The notes under the pieces are model-generated. The model was given only the letters and a program-made list of their open reading frames with translations, made no database searches and had not been told where the DNA came from. Shown here piece by piece: positions 1-13,018 of a stretch of 64,000 nt of DNA. The stretch is taken from contig NC_086097.1 of assembly GCF_963921235.1 (NCBI RefSeq), forward strand, positions 224,070,001 to 224,134,000, read 5' to 3'. This DNA comes from Mobula hypostoma. Its lineage: Eukaryota. The position numbers and the translations under genes are program-made. The stretch's first letter is position 1. The number at the start of each line of letters is the position of its first letter.

Positions 1-1025
1 TCTGTAATCTGTACAGGGTCCATGACCTTGCTGCTGCTTTGCCAAACTTCCATAGACTCTGTCTGTCTCCCGAGTAAATACAGGCAAAAAATCTGTTTGA
101 GATCTCCTCCATCTCTTTTGGCTCCGCACATAGACTACCACTTGATCTTCCACAGGACCAATTTTATCTCTTTCTATCATTTGGCTCTTAATGTATCTGG
201 TGGAACCCTTAGGATTCTCCTTCATATTGTCTGCTAGAGCAATCTCATGTCTTCTTTTAGCCCTCCTGATTTCTTACTTAAGTCTTATACTCCTCAAGTA
301 CCTCATTTGTTCCTGCCTGCCTATATCTGCAATGCACCTCCTTCTTTTTCTTAACCAGGGCCTTAATATCCCTTGACAACCAAGGTTCCCTTGCCTTTTA
401 TTCTCACAGGAATGTACAAACTCTGTACTCTCAAAATTTCTCTTTTGAATGCCTCCTACTTATCAAATATATCTTTGCCAGAAAACAACCTGTCCCAATC
501 CACACTTGCCAGATCCATTCTAATAACATTAATATTGGCCGTTCTCCAATTTGGAATCTGAATCTAAGGACCAGACCTATCTTTTTCTGTAATTACCTTG
601 AAAAAAATGTATTATGATCACTGAATGCAAAGTCTATCCCCACACAAATTTCTGTCACCAGCCCAGTCTTATTCCTTAACAGGAGATCTAGTATCACACT
701 CTCTCTAGTTGGGACTTCTATGTACTGATTAAGGAAACTTTCCTGAACATATTTGACAAACTCTTTCCCATCCAGCTCCTTTACAGTATTGGCATCCCTG
801 ACAATATGTGGTAAGTTAAAATCACCTACTATCACAATCTTATGTTTCTTGCAACAGTCTGCAGTCACCCTACAAATTTGCTCCTCTAAGTCCCATGGAC
901 AGTTGGGTGGTCCGTACTATAATCCCATTAACATGGTCTTACCTTTCTTATTCCTCAGTTCTACTCATAAAGGCTCATTATACAAGCTCTTCCGTCTGTC
1001 CTGTCTGAGCACTACTGTGACATCC
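1..1025 (-). mobile_element. CR1 LINE fragment (APE endonuclease/linker)
   Basis: ORF 593-868(-) contains IVIVGDFNLP, ILDLLL and SDHN endonuclease motifs; frameshifted. Confidence 0.85.
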
Positions 1026-1081
1026 ACAAGGGATGACTCCGGGATAACATGTTATAATATTTCCACTCAAGGTTAATACTA

Positions 1082-1393
1082 GTGTTGGCGCGTGGCCAAG
1101 TGGTTAAGGCGTTCGTCTAGTGATCTGAAGGTCGCTAGTTCGAGCTTGGCTGAGGCAGTGTGTTGTGTCCTTGAGCAAGGCACTTAACCACACTTTGCTC
1201 TGCCATGACACCGGTGCCAAGCTGTATGGGTCCTAATGCCCTTCCCTTGGACAACATCGGTGGCATGGAGAGGGGAGACTTGCAGCATGGGGCAACTGCC
1301 AGTCTTCCTTAAAACCTTGCCCAGACCTGCACCTTGGAAACCTTCCAAGGCGCAAATCCATGGTCTCACGAGACTAACGGATGCCTATTATTA
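1082..1393 (+). mobile_element. tRNA-derived SINE with CORE-like motif and RTE-like 3' part
   Basis: A-box TGGCCAAGTGG (1093), B-box GTTCGAGC (1138), MIR/CORE-like TGTGTCCTTGAGCAAGGCACTTAACC and a (TAT)n tail. Flanking TSD TTAATACTA (1073-1081) / TTAATGCTA (1394-1402). Confidence 0.85.
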
Positions 1394-2311
1394 TTAATGC
1401 TACCTCCTTTATAACAAAGCCCTGTGAAAATAGTTCTATTAAAAAAGTAAATCTTAAACCGAACTACTAAGTGGCTTTAATGGATATTTAGTAAGTTAGC
1501 TCTAATGGACACTCCTAACTGAGCTCCATGGATCATCAGGAATCCTAAGAGTATAAAAGGGAGCCATCATAGTTTGCTTTCACTGCCTAGACATCAATAA
1601 TGAAGTAGTTCCATGTGGTAAATGACTGACTCTGTTCCTCATCTGACTTGGTCTTAATGCAAAAAGTATGATTGGAGTTACTGCTGGATGGATAAAATGG
1701 AAGAAGACAACAGGAAGGAAACTCAATCTTTATTAGTGCAGAAAATAGCTGCTTCCCTCTTTCATTGAGATGAAAGGCATCCTTAAATATTAAGCAAAAT
1801 GATAAAAACAGAATAAAAGAATCACGAAATGCAATTCAGCCTCTAACTCTCAGACTAATTATTTTAGCAGACAAATAGAAAAGTAAGAGAAACTCTAACC
1901 TCCAAAAAGCAAAGATGTTAAATCATGTGGACCAAACACTGAAAGTTCTTCCAGTCCTTCTAACGGATGTCTTGGCTAGATGATGAGAAATTTGCACTTT
2001 ATTGTAAGAAATACTTATACCAGTGTAGTGTGGAATTTGTGATTGGCATCATACTTGGATATAATTTAATGCAGTAATTCTAAATTTCTCCCAGCACCAT
2101 TTTTAATTTGACATATTTGAACCGTGAGTTAAAACTTTTCAAGTTAATTTCTTGTACTATCCGTACAACCAACATAGATTTTTATTTTGTCAGTTGCTGA
2201 AACCTGCCCAGTTTGGGTATTGTCAGGACCATCAGCTACATAATTCATTTCAGCCTGTTTCCAAATATCCACAAAGGAAATACATTTCAGAGACATAAAG
2301 GAATCATTTGA

Positions 2312-2451
2312 CCAAACACAAACAAGAGAAAATCTGCAGATGCTTGAAATCCGAAGAAACACACACAAAATGCTGGAGGAACTCAGCAGGCCAGGCAGCG
2401 TCTATGGAAAAGAGTAGAGTTGACATTTCGGGCTGAAACCCTTCATCAGGA
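2312..2451 (-). mobile_element. Penelope-like element end with hammerhead core
   Basis: Minus strand reads CTGATGA-AGGGTTTCAGCCC-GAAA-TG-TC, then the recurring GCTGCCTGGCCTGCTGAGTTCCTCCAGCATTTTGTGTG tail seen many times in the window. Confidence 0.75.
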
Positions 2452-2459
2452 TGCTTCAT

Positions 2460-3455
2460 TTGACCGAACATGGCATCAGAGCCCTGGTAAAACTGAGGAT
2501 AAAAGGAATCAGGGAAACTCTCAATTGGCTGACGGAAACCTCATTCATAAGAAGACGTTTGTATTTGTTGTAATTCAATATTGCAGCACCAGGGCATTGC
2601 TGCAGGGGTTCCTCGGACAGCGTTATACGTACAGTCATCTTCAGCAGCTTTATCAATAACCTTCCTTCTACCATGTTAGAATGCTATGCTTCAGAAAATG
2701 AGTGGCTCATATGTACATGCAGCATGATTAGGACAACATCCACTATGGACTTATCAATAGTAAGTGACAGCCAATGGCAAAATCGAATATGGGAGAAAGT
2801 TAATCAACATTCCAAAGCTCCCAACCAACAACATCCTGAGTTTGCCATTTACAAGCAACTACATACATAAATACATAAACTACTACATTAGTATTGTGGT
2901 TAAACCCTGCAGAGAATGGGTTATCTTCCGAGACCTGAGAGACGTTTCATTATCTACAAGGCATGAGTCAGGGATGTAATAGAATATACATTATGAGCCT
3001 GGATGAGGGTAGTTCTAACAACACAGGTTTGACACCGCCCATTCTCACTTGAATGGAATGACATCTGCTATCCTAAACTTTCATTCGTATGCCATATTTG
3101 GAATACACAATAGTTGTACTGACCAAACACATAGTGTTGACTTGTCTAGACTACTCTAAATCCCTCCCAAACACGATACCATTTTCACCAAGGAAGACCA
3201 GAGCAAGAAGCCTATGAAAACGCTGACACCAGAAGGTTCCCCTTCAAGTTCCAGTCTGACTTGGAAATACTCTTCATTCAGCACCGTGGTTTCAAATCCA
3301 GGAACTCCCCATTCAACAATGCTGTAGGTGTATCTTCCTGCAGGAGGATTGTAGAAGTCGAAGGATGAGACTGATATCCAGCTTCTTAAGGCTGATTAGG
3401 CATGGATGATAAAAACTGGCATTGCAAGTCCTGTCCGAGTCCCTTAAGTGAATAG
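2460..3455 (+). mobile_element. Ancient, highly decayed CR1/L2-type LINE (RT and 3' end)
   Basis: Residual RT-like codons (GIRG..L.W, AAGVP, IFSSFINNLP). The 2950-3450 part resembles a second copy at about 48095-48575. Confidence 0.55.
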
Positions 3456-3964
3456 GTGTCATCTCCAACATTAATGACCTTTGTGCAAGCTTCTGAAATG
3501 TTTGCCCTGATTGTTTTTGATTTTATTTTCACGAGAAGGTCTGGAAGCTAAGGCAATCACACGTACTACAGTTTAAGAATTCAACTTTTCTGTTTGGTGT
3601 TTGTACTAAGGTTGTAATGAGGACTGGAAACGGAATGTGGTCACGGAAAAACAGTGTTAATGCTGCTTAGTAGCACTCGTCTATAGTACATTCCATTAGC
3701 ACACCAATGGGTGAGAAGAAGCTGATGGAGAATTTATTGTCTGGTTTGAATTTGTCCTGCCTTTTGTGAACAGGGTAATTTTCACTTTGTTGGGTAGGCT
3801 GATATGTTTCACTTGCATTGGAACAGCTTGGCAATATCACAAGGGTCCACTGTTGCAATTGAACTATTCTTAAAGCCTTCCCAGTGTGCATAATCTTGGT
3901 GAAAATTATTTGTGAATGGGTGAAATCTAGAGAGCAGAAGTGGATTGAACGATGAGCTTTTGGG

Positions 3965-4350
3965 TCTCATCATGGGTGACGGGGTGGAGAAATGTCTCTA
4001 CCAAAGGAGGTGCAAGGCACTTTTTCCCTCCACTAACATGCAGGTCACCCTCGGGCACCTGCTTAACCCTCCTCCCACCCCTGATCAGGGTCACGTGAAG
4101 CCACGAGAGCAGGTGGTGGATGGTCTTATGAGCAGCTGGTGCATATCACAAGTCCTGGTTATGTGACCACTGATGCCAGGCAAACAATCTCTGAAGAGTA
4201 TTGATAATTACTGGGGTCACCTGTCTTGTAAAGACATTGCCCAGATAAAGGCAATGGCAAACCACTTCTGTAGAAAAATTTGCCAAGAACAATAATGGTC
4301 ATGGAAAGACCATGATCGCCCAAATCATAGACATGGCATGTAATGCACAG
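3965..4350 (+). mobile_element. Non-autonomous RTE/BovB-related element
   Basis: Contains AAGGCAATGGCAAACCACTTCTGTAGAAAAATTTGCCAAGAAC, resembling the BovB-derived Bov-A/Sauria SINE motif. Confidence 0.6.
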
Positions 4351-4443
4351 ACAAACAAACGAACGACAGCTGAACATATTCTGTCTTGTCTTTTATGTGC
4401 ATGTGCTAGAATCATTGTTGAGGATTTGGATGATTATGGAGCT

Positions 4444-4476
4444 TCCTCCTCTTCCTCCTCCTCCTCCTCCTCCTCC
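4444..4476 (+). repeat. (TCC)n microsatellite
   Basis: Direct reading. Confidence 0.95.
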
Positions 4477-4544
4477 TTTTCAATGTATAACACATCTTTA
4501 ATTTGTTTTTCCAAGACAGCAGAGCTTTGATTGAATCCAATGAT

Positions 4545-5535
4545 TAAGACCATAAGACCATTAACGCATTGAGTCTGCCCTGCCATTCAATTGTGGCTGA
4601 TTTATTTTCCATCTCCACATTATTCTCCTGCCTTCTTCCCTTTAACGCCCTTACTAATCAAGAACCTATCAACCTCTGCTTTAAATATATCCAGTAACTT
4701 TGCCCTAAAGCCATCTGTGGCAATGAATTCCACAGATTTACCACCCTCTGGCTAAAGAAATGTATCCTCATCTCTGTTCTAAAAGGATATCTTTCTATTC
4801 TGATGCTGTGCTCTCTGTTCTTAGACTCTCCCACAATTGGAAACATCCTCTTCACATCCACTCAGTAGAGGCATTTCAATATTTGGTAGCTATCAGTGAG
4901 ATTCCCCCTCCCATTCTCCTAAACTCTAGCCAGTACAAGCCCAAATCCAGCAAATGTTAACCCTTTTTTTCCCAGATCATTCTTGTAAACCTCCTCTGGA
5001 CCCTCTCCAAAACCAGCACATCCTCTCTTAGATGTGGGCCCGAAAACTGCTCATAATACTCCAAATGTGGTCTGACCAATGCCTTATAATGCCTCAGCAT
5101 TACATTCTTGCTTTTATATTTTAGTTCTCTGGAAGTGAATGCGAACATTGTATTTTTCTCCTTTACCACCGACTGAACCTGCAAGTTAACGTTTAGGGAA
5201 TCCTGCACTAGGGCTTCCAAATCCCTTTGCAGCTTCGAAAATAGTCTCCACCTTTATTCCTTCTGCCAAAGTGCATGACTATACACTTCCATACATAGTA
5301 TTCCATCTACCACTTTTTTGCCTATTCTCCTAATCTGTCCAAGTCCTTCTGTAGACTCCCTGCTTCCTCAACACTACCTTCTCAATTGCAAACGTGGTCA
5401 GAAAACCATGAATTCCATGATGTAGATCATGAGCATATAGTAAAATTAGTGGATCCAGCACTGTCCCCTCCAGAACACCATCAGTCACTGGAAGCCATCC
5501 AGAGAAAGCTCCCTTTATTCCCACTCTTTGACTTC
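4545..5535 (-). mobile_element. CR1 LINE 3' fragment (RT C-terminus and tail)
   Basis: ORFs with YKALVRPHLEY, LERVQRRFTRMI and FFSQRVVNLWNSLP; TAAGACCA tandem tail at 4545. Confidence 0.9.
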
Positions 5536-5799
5536 TGTCTGGATTTCTTCTCTCTGTTTGTGTCTTCTATTGCTAATTGTGTGGTACTTCACCAGACTGG
5601 CACAACATTTTAGGCACGTCTGATGCCTTGACACATTGAACCAACGTAATGAAATTGAATGATATTTTGAGACATGAGACTCAGATTGAAGGATATTTTC
5701 CTGCTCTAATAGTCCAAATACATCAGGGATGATTTATTCTGTTTCTATATTCTAGTAGAATAGAAATTATGCAGGGATGATTCTATTGAACCCTTCAAC

Positions 5800-6135
5800 T
5801 ATTAGGTTCCTGAACTAGCATGGACATCCTCACCACAACACACTGAACTGATCACTGAACACAACCTTTGTATGGACTCACTTTCAAGGACTCTACAACA
5901 CATGTTCTCAGTATTATTTATTGACTTATTTATTATTGATATTATTATTAGCTTCTTTTTGTTTTGCATAGTTTGTCTTCTTTTGAACATTGGTTGCTTT
6001 TCAGTCTTTGAGTGTAGTTTTTCATTGATTCTATAGCACTTCTTTGTTTTACTGTGAATGCCTGCAAGAAAATGAATCTTGGGGTAGAATTTAGTGACAT
6101 TTATGTACTCTGGTGATCAATTTACTTTGAAATTT
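5800..6135 (+). mobile_element. Rex1/Babar-like LINE 3' UTR fragment
   Basis: T-rich UTR ending in a tail similar to that of the 21477 element; non-coding. Confidence 0.5.
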
Positions 6136-6339
6136 AAGCTTTTATTAGACTGATCTCCGGAATATCAACTGAAATTAATAACTACCACGGTGTAATTGCT
6201 TGAGCTGTCTGTTTGAAAGCTCTGCCAATTCTCACACAGATTCCCATATGCTCGGGAGGAGGACTTTGGAGGGCCGCACGAGATGAACGTGTGTTGCCAT
6301 GTCAGATTTCCAGTTTGTGCTGGTGAGTCTGACCTTTCC

Positions 6340-6566
6340 CAGTCCGAGGATTATGCTGGGGGCAGCCTGCAAATGCCACGCTTCCGGTGCCAACATAACA
6401 TGCCCACAACTCACTAACCCACAAAACTAACATCATTGGAACTTGGGAGGAAAGCGGAGCACCAGGCGGCACAAACTCCTTCCAGACAGCAGTGGGAGAT
6501 GATCCCTGATCAGAGATTGCCGACAGTGTAAAGCGATGCACTGACCACTCCACTACCATGGCTGCC
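6340..6566 (-). mobile_element. tRNA-derived V-SINE-like element
   Basis: Minus strand has a tRNA-like head and V-domain-like GCTCCGCTTTCCTCCCA. The body (GGGCATGTTATGTTGG...) is shared with 31968 and 49730. Confidence 0.65.
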
Positions 6567-6584
6567 AGACCAGGTTAAAACAAA

Positions 6585-6802
6585 AAGTTTCCTTCTTTAA
6601 CAGAGAGAAGTGAACCAGGTAGATTTTTATGACCATTGATAGCTTCATTAACTATAATTGATCCCAGCTTTTCATTCCAGATTTTGCTTAATGATTTGAA
6701 TTTCTCAGCTTCTTTGAAGAGATTTTAACTAATGTTTCCAGGCCATTAAATCAAACCTCTGGATTTCCAGTCTTATTACATTATCACTGAGCAACACTAC
6801 CT
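6585..6802 (-). mobile_element. Old tRNA-derived SINE remnant
   Basis: Degenerate similarity to a chondrichthyan SINE head as I recall it (AATCCAGAGG...AAATCTGGAAT...CTGGTTCACT). Confidence 0.45.
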
Positions 6803-7084
6803 ATTAGTAGTAAAAATAAAAGCAGCTCTAAAATGTGACTGTGTTCAGGTCATATGAAATATGAAACTAAATAATTTACCACGACTTCTCATAAAGCACA
6901 ATGCTTTATTCTCTGTGCAACTGAGTGAAGTACAATTATTTTGCTGAAATCAGCTAATCTTGTTTCTTGTTCCAGTGGCTGGGTGTGAAACAAATATACA
7001 TGCTCATCCTGAAGCAGTCTAGAAATCAGCAAACCTACTGTATATCTGTATAATGTAATAAAAGATATATAATTATTTTGCTTT

Positions 7085-8230
7085 GTTTTTATCTCAAAAA
7101 TAAACTTTATTCATAATGAAAATATACACAAACACAAAAGAAAAACAGTCCATGGCTGTTTACATTCGCAGTGTTATTGGTTCTATATTAAGTGACAATG
7201 GTACGAAGTACACCAAGATCATTGTCACTCATGTGGCTTCCTGGGGCGATACAGATTGCATTTGAAGGACTTCCACTCCAGAACCAGCCGCTAAATGTTG
7301 AGTGGCAGAAGGACCCTAGACTGCAGCTTTTGTGAAAGCCTTTGTGTTGGCCATGCTGTGTTTCAGTGAGTCCCTGAATAAGTACTCCTGCAGCCTGGAA
7401 TGTGCTAGTTCCTTACAGACTGGAAATACCAACAAATCTTGGGGAGGCCAAAGATCATCTGATGATCAGACTGATGATTTTCCAATAGCACTTGATGTCC
7501 ATCTCTGTGTATATCCCTGGGAGCAGCTGGAAGTCAGAAAGTCCTCCATGGCTACTTGGGATGAACCGTGAGAAGGACCCTTGTATACCTCTCCACACCC
7601 TCTTTGAAAATACATTGTCTGCAAAGAAGTGGGCGACTACTTCCTTCTCATTGCAGTCATTCCAAAGATGGCATGCACTGGAAGTAAGATTCCAGCTGTA
7701 CAGGAAAAATCCAACAGAGGGACCTCCTCTCACTGCCAGCCAAGCAAGGTCTTGATGCTTATTGGTGAGCTCTAGTGATGAGGCATTCTACTAGATTGTT
7801 TGGACAGTCTGCTTGGAAAACTACCCCACAGGATCCAATCATGTCTTTGTCCTGTAGGTCACTGCTTGATGGACTTGTGGCCCAATTTGCTTTCCTGGAA
7901 AAGCTTTTCCGTGAATAATAGCTAGTGTGGCAATGTCCAGCTGACTAGGGCATTGTACAACAATGGGCCCAGGCCCACCCTTCATAACACTGGGGAAAAC
8001 TATTACCCTCACATATATTGACACTTGGTCCATGTATTTTGGATCTAAGCTCAGCCTGATGTAACCACACACAAAGATGTCCATGGACGAGGGTGATGTT
8101 GGTTATTCTATTTCCCCAGTTATACAACGACTTGAACATCATGACCCATCAGACTGATTCCATCCTGGATACCCAGATGAACTTGAAAATGGCTCCTTTG
8201 ACGGTCAGGGCAGAGGACAGAGAAATGGGC
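7085..8230 (-). mobile_element. Tx1-type (L1 clade) LINE 3' fragment
   Basis: Minus-strand peptides FVCGYIRLSLDPKY, DLAWLAVRG, LLPGIYTEMDIKCYWKII and LQEYLFRDSLK resemble the Tx1 ORF2 C-terminus. AATAAA followed by an A-rich end near 7085-7110. Confidence 0.7.
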
Positions 8231-8399
8231 CTTTCCTCTATTCTTCCATTTGTTCATACCTTTAGCTATGTTGTGGGTTTAATGTGGGAGTGTACGGGGC
8301 ATGACACAATAGGCTAGATACTTCAATTTTTTTTGAGATACACTCATTTCCCTGTTGGCCCTCATTTGCACCAAGGATGAAGAAGGCACACCTGTGAAA

Positions 8400-8880
8400 A
8401 CCTGTAAGGAGCTTGAGGAGATTTGGTATGTCACCAAAGACTCGAGCAAATTCCTACAGATGTACCATGGAGAACATTCTGACAGCTTGGATCACAGCCT
8501 GGGAAGGAGGGTCCAATGTGCATGACTGAAGGAGGCTGCAGAGGTTTGTAGACTCAGCCAGCTTCTTCACCATTAAAGACATCTTCAAAAGACGGTGCCT
8601 CAAGAAGGTGACATCCATCATTAAGGACTCTCACCATCTGGGACCTGCCCACTGACCATTACCACCTTCGGGGTGGAGGTACAGGAACCTGGTGACCCAC
8701 ACTTAATGATTCTGGAACAGCGTCTTCCTCTGCATCGTCAGATTTTTGAACAGTCATTATTTCTTTTTTTTGCACTATTTATTTATTTCATAATTCCTAG
8801 TAATTTTCTCTCTGCATTGTATTGCTGCCACAAAAACATGTCCTGTAAGACAGTGATAATATAGCTGATACTGATTTTGA
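8400..8880 (+). mobile_element. Rex1/Babar-like LINE 3' fragment
   Basis: LRRFGMSPKT..NSYRCTMENILT and SIIKDSHH motifs; degenerate (CTGATT)n tail. Confidence 0.8.
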
Positions 8881-8942
8881 GATACTCTACTGAGAAATTA
8901 TTAATGCTATTGTTATTTTACTGCTGTAACATTAAATAATAA

Positions 8943-9160
8943 TTCAGAATCAGAATCAGGTTTATTATAAACGGCATGTGTCATGAAATTTGTTAACTTA
9001 GCAGCAGCAGTTCAATGCAATACATAATATAGAAGAAGAAAAAAATTAAATAATAATAATAAATAAATAAGTAAATCAATTACAGTATACGTATATTGAA
9101 TAGATTAAAAATCGTGCAAAAAACAGAAATAATCTATATTTAAAAAGTGAGGTAGTGTTC
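8943..9160 (-). mobile_element. Rex1/Babar-like LINE 3' UTR/tail
   Basis: (AATCAG)n tail plus AATAAA on the minus strand. Confidence 0.65.
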
Positions 9161-9789
9161 TCAATCATTTTTAGAGATAATTACACCTGTGTATAATCTC
9201 TTTGATATAGGAATTGAAAATGTTCTGTAAGAGGCCACTAGAATGGTTTTTGGGGGGAAAAAAACTTTGGTAATTGGGGAGACTTAAAATCTTGGCTTAT
9301 TTTTTTTTCAAAATGCAGTGTTTCCACCAGTAAGAAGGATATGGTAAAATATAAAAAGTTAACTCAGTCATAGGGTCAGTCAAATAACATCCTGACTTGA
9401 GCACATCCTAGTGTTCTGGCATCATTGCAAGGTTTTAAAATATTCTGGAAATCCCAATCTAGCATTGTGGGAGAATTTCAATGAACAGACATCAGAAGTA
9501 AAAGAACGTGTCTTTCTGTTGTTTTCTGTTAGACAGCTAGGGATGGTTTCCTTGTCAGCAAATGTTATATGCTAAGACTGCATGAAATTACTTGAAGTGA
9601 TCTTATACAAACAGTTAAAATGAATAGATAATTAATTTGCATTCCTTTTGACATATTATTTCAAATAGGTTGACTGGGGAACAATAGAGTTCAGCAATAT
9701 GTAACAAAAGGGTAGGTAAGTTAAGTATTAGGCAATTCATCTTTTCCCCAGGTGTATAATTTCAGAAAAAAAATCCTATTAATGCAGTG

Positions 9790-10165
9790 ATAAACACAGA
9801 GATGCCTCAGATGTTGGAAATCCAAAGTAACAGGCACAAAATTCTGGAGGAACTACACAGGTCAGGCAGCATCTGTGGGAAGGAATAAAGAAACGATGTT
9901 CTGGGCTGAGACCTTTCACCAGGACTGGAAAGGTGGGGGGGGGGGCGGGAATAAGCCAAAATAAGATAGTTGGGGGGGGAGGGGAGGAGTACACACTAGA
10001 AGGTGGTAGGTGAAACCAGGTGAGGTGGAAAGTAGGTGGGTGGGGGAGGGGGATGAAGTGGGAAGCTGGGAGGTGATAGGTAGAAAGGTAGAGGATGAGG
10101 AAGAAGGAATCTGACAGGAGATGAGAGTGAATTGTGGGAGAAAGGGAAGGAGGAGTGGTACGGCA
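9790..10165 (-). mobile_element. Penelope-like end with degenerate hammerhead and pyrimidine-rich UTR
   Basis: Same family as 2312-2451; core mutated (CTGGTGA...AGAA). Confidence 0.7.
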
Positions 10166-11264
10166 GTGAGTTTTGACTTTCTTCAAGCATTTTGAAGAGA
10201 ACTAAATTAATTGCTATTTCTGGTTGCGATGATGGCCTGTTTAAGGAATGTGAAATACTATTGTATTTTACTTTCAAGCCTTTTGTTTTTTTTCTAGCTG
10301 AGCTGAAATTTTTATGGAGCCTTTACAAAGTTCAGGTATAATTGTTGGTATTGGAAAGGCAGCAGCTGCTGTGATTTATGGAACGTGAAACTATCTTTAA
10401 GGAAATGCTTAAATTTGTCTTCTAGCTTCCGGAAAATATTATCTTTCTACTCAGAGTTTGAATACTTCCAAACACTCAGAACGCAATGCACATCATTGGT
10501 GATAAACAAATGATTAGTTATAATTTAAGTACAGAGTGACAATTATGCCCTTACAGATGATTGGCTTAGATTTTAAAAATGTAATTTCATGCTGCTTGGT
10601 AGAGAAACAATCTGTATTTAAAACAAATTATAAAGTAGAGGTATAAATTATAGGTTATGTGATATCACTGTCATGAATAATAAAGTCATGCATTGAAATA
10701 TCTCACCAAATACTATCACAGAAAGAACTTGAGCCGCTGTTATGCAGGAAATGCTTTATAACTGATATAATTTTCATTCAGAATGCACAGCTTGCTCAAA
10801 GAGCCAAGTCCATTATACTTGTTAACATGATCTTATGTGGCCTATTACTGATGTAGCTGGGATACTTGTGAAAAATCCACACTTGTGTTGTTTGCTTTTA
10901 CATCTCTATTTATCAAGCCTTGTGACTGTGCTTGTTTTTTTATTATCACACGCCCTGAATTCCTGCTTCGTCACAGTCTTCGCTTTATGATTCTTTAGCA
11001 ATTTTCTCTTTCTCTGCTTACTTTCACATTGTGGTGGTCTTGTTGTTTCGCCGCAACTGGTTGTAAGACATCTGTGAAACTAATGGGTGTTGTGTCCTAC
11101 CATTTTCCAGAATACATTTTGTTAATGAAATTTTCACATTCCGATCTGTGGCTTTCTTTATTCTTCTCGAGCCCTTGCGATACGCCGACTTAGTGGTACA
11201 ATGTGCACTCAGGAGATAAAATAAAATTCACCATTGAGTGATGTGGTATATGTACACTTAACAA

Positions 11265-11385
11265 TATAGAAACATAGAAACATAGAAAATAGGTGCAGGA
11301 GTAGGCCATTCGGCCCTTCGAGCCTGCACCACCATTTATTATGATCATGGCTGATCATCCAACTCAGAACCCCGCCCCAAATTCC
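11265..11385 (-). mobile_element. Very short, young CR1 3' tail
   Basis: (ATAGAAAC)n tail and GGCCATTCGGCCCTTCGAGCC terminal stem with CpGs retained. Confidence 0.75.
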
Positions 11386-11696
11386 TTAATCAATCTTGCA
11401 AAGTGACATTGCTGGGGAATCATTTTGTTTTAGTGGTGCTACTTGGTTACTGATCCTGATGGATAGTGGCATCTTGAAAATTGGCTTTATCTTCCTGCTG
11501 AAAAATACAATCAAAGAATGTGTCAAGTGTAAGAATGGGCCACTGGGACTAACTTTATTGCAGTCCTTAACAGGCAGAATAAGTATTGTACACTGAATTT
11601 ATCTCCACTTCTGTGTGAGATCCTATGATTATCCAAAAGAGCCATTTACCTTGAGTGAATTGAGATATTGGTTAGTGAAGGATAGTCTGCACTTTA

Positions 11697-11810
11697 AAAC
11701 ATCGACTGTTTACTCTTTTCTATAGATGCTGCCGGGCCTGCTGAGTTCCTCCAGCATTTTGTGTGTGTTGCTTTGATTTCCAGTATCTGCAGATTTTCTC
11801 TTGTTTGTGT
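11697..11810 (+). mobile_element. Penelope-like end, 5'-truncated inside the hammerhead
   Basis: Begins at AAACATCGACTG, followed by the family tail. Confidence 0.75.
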
Positions 11811-12810
11811 TTTAAATTTGCTGCCCATTTATAATTATGTGTATAGGTATTAGACCATAAGACATAGGAGCAGAATTAGGCCATTCAGCTCATCGAGTCT
11901 GCTCTGCCATTCCATCATGGCAGACTTCTTATCCCTCTAAATCCCATTCTCCTGTTTTCTCATTGTAACCTCTGATGCCCTTACTAATCAACCACCGCTT
12001 TAAATATACCCAATTACATCCTTCTGCTCTGAGGCTGTGCCCTCTGGTGCTAGATTCACCCACTAAGGGAAAAATGCTCTCCACACCTACTGTATCCAGG
12101 CTTTTCACTATTTGATAGATTAAAATGAGATCTTCAGTCAGTCTTCTAAACTGCAGCAGGTACAGCCCAGAGCCATCAACTCGCCTCATACATTAAACCT
12201 TCTCTCTCCAGGATCATTCTTGTGAACCTCCTCTAGACCCTCTTCAATGCCACCACATTCTTTCCAATATAAGGTTCCCAAAGCTGCTCATAATACTGCA
12301 AGTGTGGTCTGACCAATGCCTTATAATGCCTCTGAATTACAACTTTTCTTTCATTTTCTAGTCCTCTCTAAATGAATTCTTCCCCACCGCTGACTCAGCC
12401 TGCAAGTTAACCTTTAGAGAACCCCATACGAAGACTCCCATTGCACTGCTGATATCTGAATTTTCTTCTTGTATAGAAAACAGTCTATGCCTTTATCACT
12501 TCTACCAAAGTGCATAACCATACACCTCCCTGCACTATATTCCATCTGCTACAACTATGCACATTCTTCTAACTTAAGTCCTTCTGCAGACCCCTTGCTT
12601 CAACACTACCTGTCCCTCCACCTCATCCTTAGTAATGGACTCCAACATCTTTCCAACCACAGAAGTCAGGCTATCTGGCCTATAATTTCCTGTATTGTGT
12701 CTCCATCCCTGCTTAAAGAGTGCAGTGATATTTACAATTTTCCATTTCTCTTGAACCATTCTAGAATCTAGTGACTCTTGAAAGATCATAACTAATGTCT
12801 CCACAATCTC

Positions 12811-13018
12811 ACAACACGCTGGAGGAACTCAGCAGGTTGGGCAGCATCCGTGGAAAAGATCAGTCGACGTTTCGGGCCGGAACCCTTCGTCAGGACGGGT
12901 TCCGGCCTGAAACCTCGACTAATCTTTTCCGCAGATGCTGCCCGACCTGCTGAGTTCCTCCAGCGTGTTGTGAGTGTTGCTTTGACCCCAGCATCTGCAG
13001 ATTATTTTGTGTTTACGA
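12811..13018. mobile_element. Inverted pair of Penelope-like ends with 14-bp TSD and intact hammerhead core
   Basis: TSD GTCTCCACAATCTC at 12797-12810 and 13019-13032; arms 12808-12885 and 12897-12974 are reverse complements. Confidence 0.88.

Noticed and set aside
1084..1160. tRNA gene
   Set aside because: A and B boxes are present, but there is no proper acceptor stem or terminator, and it runs into a SINE body with tail and TSD.
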